A DNA stretch of 64,000 bases from Candidatus Bathyarchaeota archaeon (GCA_963767735.1 CAVYES010000004.1:512001-576000), one strand, 5' to 3'. Shown: positions 18,997 through 30,055, counted from the first letter of the stretch. A program made the numbers and translations. Notes: generated by a model from the letters alone, not told the origin.

Positions 18997-20613
18997 CTAC
19001 CATTCAGCGTTGCCAGCGTTGCCTGTCTTTCGTTTTTTAAGCGTAAGCGCAACTGAAGCGGAGGCTGCTAATATGATGACCAGCGACAAGGTTACTGCTG
19101 AGGGAAACTCTGGAATGGTAGGCGTTGAAGAAGGCGTTGATTGAGTTATTGGAGTTGAGGTGGGTGTAGAGTTTGGAGTTGTTGTTGATGTTGGAGTTGC
19201 AGTTGGTTGGGAGGTAGCAGCTGGTGCAGTTGTTGGAGTTGCGGTTGATGAAGGAGCAGGTGTTGGTGTTGGAGACGGCGTTGAAGTAGGGTTAGTTGCA
19301 AATGTTGCTGAGATAGTTGTTGCACTGTTAACATTTTTGACAGTGTAGGAACTTACCGAACCAATCGTAGTTCCATTAACTAAAACGGTGGCTATGCTGT
19401 AGCCACTATTTGCTGCTATATCGAAAGTTTGACTGCCACCATAGTTGAGGCTGATAACTCCACTTGGAGAAATGCTGCCGCCGGTGCCTGCACTGGCTGT
19501 AATGAAGGTTGGTGCTTCAGCGTTCGGTGTGGTCAAAAATGGACTGTACGTGACTACCCCTAAGTTAAAATCTTTGTAGTAGTCATAGATTGTTTGGCTT
19601 ATTGCATCTGGGTCTGTTGTTCCCCACCAGTTGGAGGTTGCGTTAACGTTGGAGTTGAAGGTTAAGTAAATGTTATAGTATTGGTTGCCGTAAATGTTGT
19701 TGTTTGTAAGTATCGTTACTGGAGCACCGCACACTGAAATTCCATAGGAATTGCCAGAAACAGTGTTGTAAGTCACGTCGCAAACGTAAGATGACGTTTC
19801 GCCACTGCTAATGACGATACCTGCGCTGCCGCCGGATGCAGGGTTAAACGCTTGGCTTCCTTGACTGTCCGTGATGACGTTTAGTGTGACGGTGGCTGTC
19901 CCTGAAAAAATTGACAAGCCATTAATTATGATGCCTACTGGGTCATTATACAGGATATTACTAAATATAGTGGGGGAGCATGTGATTGCTGATGAGGTTC
20001 CGCTGACGAAAATTCCCCAGTCACTATCTGAAATCAAATTTCCATTTATCGTTGGTGTACCAGCGCTAATGTCTACCCCATAATAATAACTTGAGATAGT
20101 ATTATCACTAATTATCGGGGAGCCACCTGAAATTAGGATGCTGGATGAACTGTCGGCGATGTTAACAGAAGTGCCTTGCATAATATTGTCGCTTATGTTT
20201 GCTGAGCTGCTGATAGAAAGAGTTGAGCTTACAATTGCATCCTGTATTATGCAACCTGCGCCTGTAGATTCTATCCAGTTAGTGCTGCTTTGCGTAAAAG
20301 TGATTTGTCCACCATTAAAAGTGATTGGTTGGGCATTGGTTCCGATTGCTTGTAACGTTCCGTTTACTTCTATGTAGTAGCTACCCAGATTCACAGTAGT
20401 TCCTACATCAATTGTCAAGGTTACACCGTTATTTACGAGAACATTTCCCGTTAATGTGTATGGACTGTTTGCTTGTGTCCAAGTAGTGTTTGATGTTATT
20501 ATGCCCGTGACGTTTGTGCCACTTTGAGCTGTACCAAAATGAGCAGTGCCGACAAAAGTTAATCCGCTAATCATAACGGCTATCAAGAACGCGCTCAACA
20601 GCAACTTTCTCAT
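18997..20613 (-). CDS. Parallel beta-helix (NosD/pectin lyase-like) surface protein with PEF-CTERM sorting signal
   Basis: Signal peptide MRKLLL, TTWT..NSPY, NxI repeats, NWWG, Pro/Thr stalk, IPEFP + TM + KKRK. Confidence 0.85.
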   Translation of the reverse strand: MRKLLLSAFLIAVMISGLTFVGTAHFGTAQSGTNVTGIITSNTTWTQANSPYTLTGNVLVNNGVTLTIDVGTTVNLGSYYIEVNGTLQAIGTNAQPITFNGGQITFTQSSTNWIESTGAGCIIQDAIVSSTLSISSSANISDNIMQGTSVNIADSSSSILISGGSPIISDNTISSYYYGVDISAGTPTINGNLISDSDWGIFVSGTSSAITCSPTIFSNILYNDPVGIIINGLSIFSGTATVTLNVITDSQGSQAFNPASGGSAGIVISSGETSSYVCDVTYNTVSGNSYGISVCGAPVTILTNNNIYGNQYYNIYLTFNSNVNATSNWWGTTDPDAISQTIYDYYKDFNLGVVTYSPFLTTPNAEAPTFITASAGTGGSISPSGVISLNYGGSQTFDIAANSGYSIATVLVNGTTIGSVSSYTVKNVNSATTISATFATNPTSTPSPTPTPAPSSTATPTTAPAATSQPTATPTSTTTPNSTPTSTPITQSTPSSTPTIPEFPSAVTLSLVIILAASASVALTLKKRKTGNAGNAEW

Positions 20614-20692
20614 GGTATTCCACAGTCTATTACTGTCTTGTTCTGGTTTATTATTTGTGGATGAATCCTCTACTTGCGTTTCTGAAACAAAT

Positions 20693-20752
20693 ATTGAGCA
20701 GCAAGATATTCGTGAAGTTGAAGCATTCAAAGCGAAATATGAACCCGATTAA
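20693..20752 (+). pseudogene. Fragment matching the C-terminus of 18616..18864
   Basis: IEQQDIREVEAFKAKYE vs MEQKDIIEDEACKKRFD. Confidence 0.5.
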
Positions 20753-20843
20753 TGAAAGATTAGCAAATCTCTACCAAAGAGCTCCCTTGAGTTAGTCTAC
20801 GAGATAGCAAGCGGCAAACCTGTGGTAAACAAGTGAATTTTCT

Positions 20844-21011
20844 TTAGTTGTTGCTATGTTTTTGCTCTGAACGCTTTAATCTCTCTTCAAGTCTTCTTTC
20901 CCGTTCTTTTCTCTCAAGCTCAACCAACGGAGCCATCGCAAGAACAGTTAGGTCCCGCTCAATTCTCTTGAAAAAGTTCATGGAGCTTTTCTCCTTTCTC
21001 CTCTGAAACAT
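20844..21011 (-). CDS. Small charged hypothetical protein (55 aa)
   Basis: MFQRRKEKSSMNFFKRIERDLTVLAMAPLVELERKERERRLEERLK..., below the ORF track cutoff. Confidence 0.35.
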   Translation of the reverse strand: MFQRRKEKSSMNFFKRIERDLTVLAMAPLVELERKERERRLEERLKRSEQKHSNN

Positions 21012-21104
21012 CTAACGATTTCATGTTTTTAAGCCAAGTTTCTTAAATTGAAATATATCGTGAACTGGAACATCCCGCTTAAGCCCTCAATTGATGAATG
21101 TTGA

Positions 21105-21281
21105 TACATCAATGGAGTACTTGATACAACTGCAGGAGCCTCGCCAACTGCGTTAACACAAGGGGATACTGCAACAATAGCCACCGCAGGTCTCGCAAAC
21201 TACGCTCAAGAAAGCACAATTACAATTAAAGTAACCACGCAAGGCGGTACATACAGTCAAGTAAACGAACAGGTTCCTTAA
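21105..21281 (+). pseudogene. C-terminal fragment resembling an archaeal type IV pilin globular domain
   Basis: YINGVLD...LTQGDTATI...TITIKVTTQGGTYSQV*; no N-terminus or class III signal peptide. Confidence 0.5.
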
Positions 21282-21376
21282 GTAAATTAATCGCTAAAGA
21301 AAAAAACGATAAACACGAAAAATCCCCTATATTATATTATGGGGAAAAAATTGTGTGAAATCTCAAAATCTACCCT

Positions 21377-21448
21377 TTAGCGTTGTCAGCTTTTGCTTAT
21401 CTTTCTTTTTCTAAACGTAAGCACAACTGCAACGGAGCTTGCTAATAT
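21377..21448 (-). pseudogene. Remnant of a surface-protein C-terminal anchor, paralogous to the tail of 18997..20613
   Basis: ILASSVAVVLTFRKRK vs ILAASASVALTLKKRK; similarity visible at DNA level. Confidence 0.7.
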
Positions 21449-21461
21449 TCACAATGTTAAA

Positions 21462-21511
21462 AGACTGGGACGCTGTTTTATCAGCGGGGGATGATGTCGC
21501 CGTCCCAGTCT
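21462..21511. other. Perfect 11-bp inverted repeat enclosing a smaller hairpin
   Basis: agactgggacg...cgtcccagtct. Confidence 0.6.
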
Positions 21512-21651
21512 GATAGGGAAAGATGAAGAAGTAAAGTTGACAGACCCCAAACAGTTTAGAGTCTATTTGCCTGTATGATTAGCGCCAAAATGCCATTATT
21601 ATATTAGTGCTCACTAACTAAGTAGTACCCGTTTACTGGTGCATCTGAAGA

Positions 21652-21909
21652 ATGACTAAGATCAGAAAAAGTGCTGTTCAAATTCGATTTGAAATACTGG
21701 AATATCTGTTCTTTAATTCAAAACCTCAGCTACGCACCGTGATTTGGCGGAAATCAACAAACGTCTCCTATGACGATTTTTTGAAACATTTGGCTTTTCT
21801 TGAAGAGAGAAAACTGGTTAAGGAAACTGCAGATGGTTACAGTTCGTTAACGGATGAAGGAAGAAAACTCTACGTTGAACTGCGCAAGTCGTTGCCTTCG
21901 ATACTTTAA
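21652..21909 (+). CDS. Winged-helix DNA-binding protein (archaeal HTH_45-like)
   Basis: RKS..QI..EIL, NVSY..F.KHL.FL, LTDEG. Confidence 0.8.
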   Translation: MTKIRKSAVQIRFEILEYLFFNSKPQLRTVIWRKSTNVSYDDFLKHLAFLEERKLVKETADGYSSLTDEGRKLYVELRKSLPSIL

Positions 21910-21980
21910 GCGGTTCTAGTTCATCTTTGGTGCATCAGGTATAAAAACTCAAGAACGCTGAATAAGGACGGTAAGAAAAA

Positions 21981-22331
21981 TTGACCAGTGAACGTAGTGA
22001 GGAGAAGGTTTACCCCGTCAGGTCTCTACATGACTTTTTGTCTGAGTTAGATAAGGAATGGACGAAGTTTCGAAATGGCACTCTTATTGGGCTTGGTTCT
22101 TCAGTTGTTTTGTTCTTGGTTGTTGTTTTTTTGATTTTGAGAACTAGGCATTTTGGGTTGGGTTTGGTAGGTTTTATTCTTTTGATTCTTGCAGCAATCG
22201 TGATTGCTTACAGCATTTACGCGATGTATGCTCAATACCGGTTCTTGAACAGGTGGGAACGGCGAATCGGGTTGCTTGTGCATATGGAAGAAGAAATGTT
22301 ATCTGAAAAACTAGATGAAGCCAAGGCTTAG
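21981..22331 (+). CDS. Two-TM membrane protein
   Basis: Two hydrophobic helices. Confidence 0.7.
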   Translation: MTSERSEEKVYPVRSLHDFLSELDKEWTKFRNGTLIGLGSSVVLFLVVVFLILRTRHFGLGLVGFILLILAAIVIAYSIYAMYAQYRFLNRWERRIGLLVHMEEEMLSEKLDEAKA

Positions 22332-22419
22332 TGTACATTTAAGGTGCACATCAGAAGTGCGGCTTCCTTTTTAAACACTCCAACAGAGTTGTTGATATCA
22401 AACAGTTGGAGGAAAAAAA

Positions 22420-22923
22420 ATGGTAAATTTAAAAAATAAAAATAAAGTAGTTTTGGCAGCGATGGCTGCTTTTGCAATATTGTTGATGATTGCAGTACCC
22501 TTTGTCGGTGCTCAACCCGTTTCAAACGGCGCAGTTGGGAGTGTTAAGACTATGAAAGCGCAGGGCTTTGCTTACCAAGAAATCAACGGTCAAACCGTGA
22601 AATATCAAGCGAACTTCGCTTTGATGCTTCAGCAAACATCCACTATCAGTGTACCCAAGGAATTTGATGTTGCGGGCGGAACAATAGTGGTAAACGGTGT
22701 AACTTACACGATGACAAGCGGAAACGGCGTTGTACGACCAGACAGACACATTTTCATGCTGCAGGCTCAAGGCACAAGCCTCGACGGACAAGCAGTAACA
22801 CTGAAACTTGAAGGTCGATACTTCTGGCTGGGTGGACAGCTATACGTCGCCAGAATAGGAGCTAAACTGCAAACAGACAACGGCAACTACTTGTTACTAA
22901 TGCGCGCAGCAATACGAGTGTAA
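22420..22923 (+). CDS. Exported beta-rich hypothetical protein
   Basis: GGAGG RBS, signal peptide, T-rich terminator-like tract downstream. Confidence 0.75.
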   Translation: MVNLKNKNKVVLAAMAAFAILLMIAVPFVGAQPVSNGAVGSVKTMKAQGFAYQEINGQTVKYQANFALMLQQTSTISVPKEFDVAGGTIVVNGVTYTMTSGNGVVRPDRHIFMLQAQGTSLDGQAVTLKLEGRYFWLGGQLYVARIGAKLQTDNGNYLLLMRAAIRV

Positions 22924-23376
22924 TAACGCACTCGACATCTGTTTTCTTTCTTTGTTTTCTCTTATTTTTTGGTTTCTTAAATTAACATAAGGAACTTAAT
23001 CGCCATTACAGCCAACTACACGATTCTTCTTCTGCAAAATCACATTGAAACTTACCCTTTGAGTCAACGGCAAGAAACAATGTCTCCTTTAGGGGAATTC
23101 AGAAAAGCAAAAATTTCCTTGCACTAGTGGTTGTTCCAAAATTAGTTTGCAAAGTACCTGATGCGTCTGGATATGGCCACCGAGAAGAACATAAGATTTT
23201 GAGAGAGCGGAGTTAAGGGAAGGGAGCGTTATCCATCTCTGGGCAAGGTTCATTCCGAGAGTCTTTCCCGTCTGGCTATTAATTTATCTATTTGCTCTTA
23301 GCAAATTATAATCATATCGCTCCCTTTGGACAAGGTGTTGTTAAGAACGCTAATAACGATAAATGAGTGTAGTCCC

Positions 23377-24434
23377 TTGAAAGAAAAACCCAATGTTTTA
23401 ATCGTTGGTGCGGGGGCAATCGGTTTAAGCATAGCAGGCTGGATTTTTCCTAACAATGAAAACTTGACTCTTCTAGCACGAGGCGAAAGCATTGCTGCAC
23501 TTAGAAGATATGGGTTACGGCTTTACAAAATAGGTCAAGAAGCAACAACTGCTCCAATGCCGATAAAAGTAATTGAATCACTAGACGAGATTCCGCCTCC
23601 AGACATTATAATCATTACCGTGAAAAACTATGATCTCGATGGAATAGCACAAACGCTTCGGCAACAGCTTGGAAATTTCCAGCCAATTGTTGCTAGCCTT
23701 CAGAACGGCTTAGAAAACCAACAGATACTACCCAAGTATTTTTCTAGAGCAATATACGGTGTTGTTTGCTACAACGCATGGCGAGACGGTTTCGGGAAAG
23801 CCACATATGTAAAACGAGGATACCTAATTATTGGAACCCCAAACAATGACCTACAACTCGAACTTAAAAGCGTTAAAAACGCTTATATCCCGGATTAGAA
23901 TGCTTTATCACCAATCGTTTACAAGATGCAGTTCACAGCAAGCTAGCAATTAACCTCATAAATGCTTTAATGGCACTAGTAGGATTCCGAAAACGATCAG
24001 TCGAGTCTGAAAAGATTCTTGTGCACATGACTACAAGACTTCTAGGTGAAGGAATCCAAGTGCTTCAAGCAGCCGGGTTTAAAGAGCATAAGCTGGGCAG
24101 CCTGCCCTCTTGGAACGATATCCAAATAGCAGTCAACATGCCAGAATCCCCCACAAATCCACTTCATGACTTCATCGTCAACAGAATCGGACCAACCAGC
24201 ATGACACAAGACGTATTCAGCGAAAAACCAACCACAGAACTAGAATCATTAAGCGGATACATGCTTGAATTAGCCCGCAAAGTAGGTGTTTCAATGCCAA
24301 TTAACCAAGCAATCTATGAGATTGCAAAAGAACAATTCCGTCCCAGCTTTCGACCCATCCCAGAAATTGACCTTTGGGAAATGATAAACAACAAAATTCT
24401 CGACTCAAAAGAAGCTCGCGATAAAAAAATCTAA
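23377..24434 (+). pseudogene. panE: Ketopantoate reductase (PanE/ApbA) family, split by a 1-nt deletion near 23883
   Basis: VGAGAIG, TVKNYD, SLQNGL; shifted frame gives HSKLAINLINAL...TSMTQD...TELESLSG. Confidence 0.8.
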
Positions 24435-24820
24435 AGGGTTAACAGTTTAGCTATATCGTTTTCCTTGTCGTATACCCATCTGTTGGCTTCGGGAGAAAAA
24501 ATAATATATTGCAATTCAACCCTTTTAAAAATACTTTGGTTAATCTGCCTTCTCTGCAAAAAACTATTCAGCTCTTCCTTAGTGGGTGTTTGGATCATGA
24601 CTTATCCTGCGACATCTTCCATACGGTGATTATCGACTCATCGTTCAACCAACAAAGAAATGCATTTTATCTCGGTTCTCTTGCGGCACCTGGGGGTACC
24701 GGGATTCTTTCCGTGAGAATAGAATATTAACGACGAGGGAAGTGTTCCCCACGGGATTTTTATAGAACACGAGTCAACAGTCTTAAATCGTTATTGCTGT
24801 CTATTCTATTCTGTTAACAA

Positions 24821-25300
24821 ATGACACAATTATTAGACTGGAGCAAAACTGTAGTGCCTCAGCGTCACGAATCTGGTTGTGTTCCAACAGGCTATGAGTG
24901 GATAATTCGATATTTGAAGATTCAAGGAGTGAATCTTGTGACCTTTCAGGAGGATTTTGACCTTGGGCAAGATAATAGTTTTGACTCTGTTTCAGCTAAG
25001 ATTAGAAGTGTGTATTCTATAATTAACATTAAAGTGGAAAGTTTCATTAAGGGAATAGATAAAGTGGATCGGATTAAATCCCTTTTAGAAGAGCAAAAGC
25101 CTTGTCTGATTTCATTAGCTTTAGGCAACGGTCAGGGTTGGCACATAATGCCCGTTGTGCGCATCGATGAAACTATACAACTGATACATCATGCGGATGC
25201 AGATGGACAATGTACTTGGGTTTTTCCTGTTGCAGAAATCGTTTGGAGACATGATTACTTGCAAGGTGGACATGATATATCGTGGGTTGAACCTCTATAG
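24821..25300 (+). CDS. Papain-fold/C39-like cysteine peptidase candidate
   Basis: PQRHESGC (Q-x5-C), GWHIMPV and a downstream Asp. Confidence 0.55.
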   Translation: MTQLLDWSKTVVPQRHESGCVPTGYEWIIRYLKIQGVNLVTFQEDFDLGQDNSFDSVSAKIRSVYSIINIKVESFIKGIDKVDRIKSLLEEQKPCLISLALGNGQGWHIMPVVRIDETIQLIHHADADGQCTWVFPVAEIVWRHDYLQGGHDISWVEPL

Positions 25301-25392
25301 GTCCCTAATTATCTGTAACTAAATCGTTTAGTGAAAGAATAAGCTTTGTCACTCTATCAAATCATCTGAAAATGTATCCAGTATTTGGGTCT

Positions 25393-25842
25393 CTATGCTT
25401 GACTTCCGAACTTTTTCTTCATGCATTCGTCACAAAAATTGTTCTTGAACTTTCTTATCCGTTTGGACTGGAAGAGTTTTCCACAACCACTGCACTTTAT
25501 TTGATTGACCACTTTTGGCTCAAGCAGTTTAAGTCTCCGCTCTATCTCAGCTTTAATTTCAGAATCATCCTCTCTCTCCCAAGCAGCTTTCAACAAAGAC
25601 ATAGCTTGTTCCAAGCTTTTGTCTCCAAATAACTTAAGGAAAGCACTATCTACCTTCCCTTTTCCGAATTGTGAAGGTAACATACAAACAAAATTTTGAG
25701 GATAACTTTTAGACTTACTCGAGTCAACTACAGCGAAGCGAAAGCTCTTTCTCGAATAATTATCATCATCCGCATAATACTCGAAAACTTGTAGCTTAAT
25801 ATCCAAGTTGATAAACCTTGAATGGAAGAAAAGACCGGTCAA
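25393..25842 (-). CDS. Hypothetical protein with C-terminal CxxC...CxxC zinc ribbon
   Basis: CSGCGK...FCDEC; true start probably downstream of the ORF start. Confidence 0.7.
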   Translation of the reverse strand: MTGLFFHSRFINLDIKLQVFEYYADDDNYSRKSFRFAVVDSSKSKSYPQNFVCMLPSQFGKGKVDSAFLKLFGDKSLEQAMSLLKAAWEREDDSEIKAEIERRLKLLEPKVVNQIKCSGCGKLFQSKRIRKFKNNFCDECMKKKFGSQA

Positions 25843-25930
25843 GTTAATATCTGTGTCTAAATAAATGAAGCCATCAAAAATAGTGTAGTTTCATCAAGTT
25901 TTGGTTTCTGTGTAGTAGATTTTAAAAAGT

Positions 25931-26386
25931 TTAGAGAGTAGGTGGATTTTTCTTAAGAGAGTCACGCATTTCTCTTATAGTTTCTTTTTCATTTTTGGTT
26001 TTTAAATTTTCCTTTTCGTTTTGTTCGTTTACTTCTTTGTTGTGTTGGTCAACTCGATTATTGACAATTTTTACCAACTGCATAACTAATTTAATATCTT
26101 CTTGGAGCTTCTTTGGATTAGTAATAATTGAAATTGTATCCCCTTGCGAACTATTTGGATAGTTAGGTTCAACTATCGGGAAAGAATCATTTGGTTTTGT
26201 CAGTACAGCTACTAATGGTTGAGGGGTTTTTTTCAATTCCTTTTCAAATAACTCTTGCCAATCCTCTTGCGGAATTCTATCTAAAGGCAATTCAACAAAA
26301 AAGGTATCTTCTTCTGTTGACAGTTTGGTTATTTTCAACGTTTCAGGGTCAATTGGTTTCAGATTTGTTTTCTCAATCATGTTCAC
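25931..26386 (-). CDS. Hypothetical protein with coiled-coil C-terminus
   Basis: 151-aa ORF, TATA-like element upstream. Confidence 0.6.
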   Translation of the reverse strand: MNMIEKTNLKPIDPETLKITKLSTEEDTFFVELPLDRIPQEDWQELFEKELKKTPQPLVAVLTKPNDSFPIVEPNYPNSSQGDTISIITNPKKLQEDIKLVMQLVKIVNNRVDQHNKEVNEQNEKENLKTKNEKETIREMRDSLKKNPPTL

Positions 26387-26582
26387 TTATGGCTAACCCT
26401 CAAGCATATGAGCTTGAATCCGCCTTTAAGTTTTTGTATAAACCCAGCATAGCAATCCATCTCCCCTTTCAGCTTCCAGTTTTCCAAATCTTTCAAAAAT
26501 TAAGCTGATAATCAAATGAACATGTTTTTCACTACGCACATATCGTTAATTCTGATTTCAGATTAACATTAAGACGATTGGT

Positions 26583-26876
26583 ATGAGGCGCTCCAAACTA
26601 GAAATGTATGTTGATATTCTTCAGGTCTTAGCACAAAGAGGACCGCTAAAACTAACACATGTTATGTATAAAGCGAACGTTAACTGCAGTGTCCTAAAAG
26701 AGTATCTTGATTTCCTCTTAAAACAAGGCTTGGTTGAAGAACGCACAATCAGAAAACAACGAATAGTTTACGCTGTTACACAACGTGGAATAACCGTTCT
26801 GAAATACTTCAAAGAACTAAAACAGGTACTGCCCATAATGGAGGAAGCACGAAACCAAACAGCAATACCTTCCTAA
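26583..26876 (+). CDS. Winged-helix DNA-binding protein (HTH_45-like)
   Basis: MRRSKLE..DIL...THVMYKANVN...YL..L. Confidence 0.88.
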   Translation: MRRSKLEMYVDILQVLAQRGPLKLTHVMYKANVNCSVLKEYLDFLLKQGLVEERTIRKQRIVYAVTQRGITVLKYFKELKQVLPIMEEARNQTAIPS

Positions 26877-26920
26877 AATCCCAGTTCCCCTGGTAAGAAA
26901 AATATATTTGTGTGAGGGAT

Positions 26921-27121
26921 TTATTTCTTTAATTGTTTAACTTTTTCCCATGGAACTTCTATTTTTACTTCTTTTCCATTTTCATCTTTGCACGTTATAG
27001 CCATGGTTTCTTTTCCATTTACGTCATGCTTTATTTCAAAATTTGCTTTATCGCGTTTTTTGTTAACAATTACTTCAATGGTTTCGACTATTCCAACTTC
27101 TTCCTTTTGTTTTTTTGACAT
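26921..27121 (-). CDS. Small Lys-rich hypothetical protein
   Basis: MSKKQKEEVG...VPWEKVKQLKK. Confidence 0.5.
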   Translation of the reverse strand: MSKKQKEEVGIVETIEVIVNKKRDKANFEIKHDVNGKETMAITCKDENGKEVKIEVPWEKVKQLKK

Positions 27122-27287
27122 AACCTTTTCACCATTATAATTGTAATTAATAGTCTGCTTAAGAGTTTTTTCTTGCATTTCGGATTAGCGTTATCAGGTC
27201 AAGGTGAAAGGTGTCTGGCAGTAACTTTTCTGGCAGGTTACTGAGTGGACAAATGCTTAAAAAACAATCATTATGTAATAGCTCTCT

Positions 27288-27560
27288 ATGACAGAAGATG
27301 TTGTTAACCTAACTTCTCAAAGGATAATGTTGATTATCAAAGAAAAACTGAAAGAGACTAAAGGTGAATGCATCGACTATTGTTTAGAACATATATTTGA
27401 TGAATGCGAACTACCAAAACTTAAACTAAAACTGCATATAGCTTGCAAAGGAATCTGTACTAGCCAAGTAGTAAGTGACTGTCTTTCCCTTGAGCACATA
27501 CGCAAAATTCATGTTATAATAGAAGAGTTCGCCAAACAAAACAAAATAAATATTATGTAA
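27288..27560 (+). CDS. Cys-containing hypothetical protein
   Basis: 90-aa ORF with CTTAAA box upstream. Confidence 0.5.
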   Translation: MTEDVVNLTSQRIMLIIKEKLKETKGECIDYCLEHIFDECELPKLKLKLHIACKGICTSQVVSDCLSLEHIRKIHVIIEEFAKQNKINIM

Positions 27561-28042
27561 AAAAGTGTCTGATTATTTTTTTCATTGTTTTCTGCTTGCA
27601 TTTTGTTTTAGTGTTTTCCACTTATTATGTTCTTCAAGTTGTATTCCCTTGCCTATGCTTTTCTTGTTTCGGGTTTCATGTGGTGTAATTTAGTTATGAT
27701 AAAGTTGGTAACGCTGAAGGATTACTGTTGTATGTTCTTAGTTGTATGTAGAAAAATCAGGTTCCTACTTCCTTGAAATTTGAGCTGGAAATTTTATCTT
27801 CTGTATTTACTTGTGGTTGCTTCTTTGAAACAACATAAATCTTATATCTTACTATTAGTGATGTATTCAAAGACTGCATGAAACATCGAGAGGTATAAAA
27901 TGAATAGTCAATCTGAACATAGCAAGCTAAAGCCTGATGGTAGCGTTGTTCCAATAGTTTTGACGCTAAACGACGGGCTACTTGAAGCAAGAAAAAAATC
28001 TGCAAACGAACCAATTTACATTGACCATTTATAAAAAGCTGT

Positions 28043-28252
28043 TTAACTCTCGAAAATAACCAAATAATCTTTGTTTTCTTCTGCTGAGAATTTATTTTTG
28101 AGAAATTGTTTTACTGCTTGAAGGTCATAATCGCCTTTAATTTTCAATTGGTAAATATCTGGAAATCTGTGTTCAATACTAACAACTGTAGGGCTAACAA
28201 GTTGGTTGACACTTAAGTTTTTCAGAAGGGCAACAGACTCTTCTCTATTCAC
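28043..28252 (-). CDS. Small 'NRxEAV' family protein
   Basis: GTG start, NREESVALLK...YQLKIK...LVIF; similar to the 32326 and 32637 genes. Confidence 0.65.
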   Translation of the reverse strand: MNREESVALLKNLSVNQLVSPTVVSIEHRFPDIYQLKIKGDYDLQAVKQFLKNKFSAEENKDYLVIFES

Positions 28253-28614
28253 TTGCTTCCCCCAAGTCCCTAATGGACGTACAAAACTAATAACACTTTG
28301 CTGAAAAATTGTGTAAATAAACGTTACACTGTCAGGCAAATTTGCATTGTAAAACGCATTTACCTGAAACCATTAAAATCTATGCTGAAATGTCTTTGTT
28401 TGCTCTATTTTACTTAGTACAGACCTTTAGTTTACAGAAATTAAAGTAATCTGTTAGAAATATTATGTGAAATAGTTACGCTTACCAAAATCATAATTCA
28501 TCTGAACTGCCGACTTGTTAGTTTTAAGGAATTTGATTGTGTAATAAGCGGAAAGTTTACAAAAGCGTATATAAACCGCTCCAAGCCCTTGGAAAAATCT
28601 GGAGAGAACGGAAA

Positions 28615-28797
28615 ATGCTTAAAATAATAGTCAACAGCGATACTTGTAGCGGATGCGAAACCTGCGTAAACTCTTGTCCAGTGGGCGTCTACGAAATGAG
28701 AGACGGCAAATCGTCCCCAGTCAACGTAGATTGCTGCTTAGTCTGCAGAGGCTGCGAAATCCAGTGCCCAACTGACTCCATTCAAGTAATTGAATAG
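28615..28797 (+). CDS. 2[4Fe-4S] ferredoxin
   Basis: CSGCETCVNSCP and CLVCRGCEIQCP. Confidence 0.92.
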   Translation: MLKIIVNSDTCSGCETCVNSCPVGVYEMRDGKSSPVNVDCCLVCRGCEIQCPTDSIQVIE

Positions 28798-29075
28798 TGC
28801 CAACTCAACTTCCTTAAAGTTTGAGCTCGAAAACCCAGTTTCAAGAAAATCCTTTCAATTTTCGACATATTAGTGCAGACGAAATCAGCTTTAAATTAGT
28901 TGAAGTCTTGAATGCATAGGTGCGCACGACATTAGTGAAAGAAGAAGTTAGGATGGTGACGTTTTGGCTGTGAATGATAGCAAGTGTTCCTGCGGGGAAA
29001 ACGCCACTGTTTTCGAGAACAACGAGAAGTTCTGTAGCAAATGCTACTTGAAAAATAAAGGCAGGCGCTAACCTG

Positions 29076-29519
29076 ATGTTTGACGAAAACACAGAAGATG
29101 CAATATGTGAGGGAGGCAAGTCAGTGGAAACTAAAAAAGCTGAAGACAAAGCTGGTCCAAAAATAGCCACAAATATTCTGAGAATTGTGTCCACCAATAA
29201 TGCCTTCTACTTCTTCACAGATGTTGGACAGTACACTGATAGATGTTCATCCTGCCTTGCAGATTTTTGTAACACAATACAAACGATAGATGTCAAGTCA
29301 GTAGAGTTCCACTTTAGGCGTGGAGACTTTGCATTATGGATAAGCGAAACCTTGGGAGACAACGAACTAGCAAACGAAATTGATAGAGTTAGCAAGGTTA
29401 GCAAGACAATTCGAGGAGAAGAACTCAGAACAACAATACATCAAACCGTAGATGCACGTTTGATTAAACTGAAAAAACTCCAAGCTTCCGAAGAGCCTTA
29501 TCTAGAACGAGATGAATAA
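29076..29519 (+). CDS. DUF5752 family protein
   Basis: AFYFF..G.YT...SVEFH..RGDF..WI...LGD.ELA. Confidence 0.75.
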   Translation: MFDENTEDAICEGGKSVETKKAEDKAGPKIATNILRIVSTNNAFYFFTDVGQYTDRCSSCLADFCNTIQTIDVKSVEFHFRRGDFALWISETLGDNELANEIDRVSKVSKTIRGEELRTTIHQTVDARLIKLKKLQASEEPYLERDE

Positions 29520-30055
29520 GCACATCGCGATTTTATCCAAACTTATAGCTATCTCTGAACTCTAAATTTCCTTGAATTTTTTAGCTGGTACCGCTTTATC
29601 TGCTGATATTACATAGTACATGGTTTATAGTAAAGAAGTTTGGTTCACTATCCAAACGTTGATTCTGGTTTAACTTCATTTTGGTAATGTACGACTTTCT
29701 TAGAAAGAAAATAAATTGCTGTACAAGAAACGGTTTTGAATGGAGAAAGAAAAAATTACTGTGAATCCTTAATTGAGTGACTATCGAAACTTAGCTGGAT
29801 TAAGGATGGTTGAGCCCTCCCAGACGTGAGGTAGTTGGAACATAGAGTGGTCAAGAGTTTGTTTCCTTGGGAATATTTAGAACTCCATGCCGATCCTTAT
29901 GTAGCAATCGTTTACTTCTTAATTGCTTAGTTAAGCTCACGAAACTACAATAAAGCTGTTTAAGAAAGTTCTAAGATGGGGTTAACTGAAAATAGGTGTA
30001 TTTTTATATTTCTAGGTGCGGTATCTTTGGTAATTTAAACGGGTGAAGCCTACTC

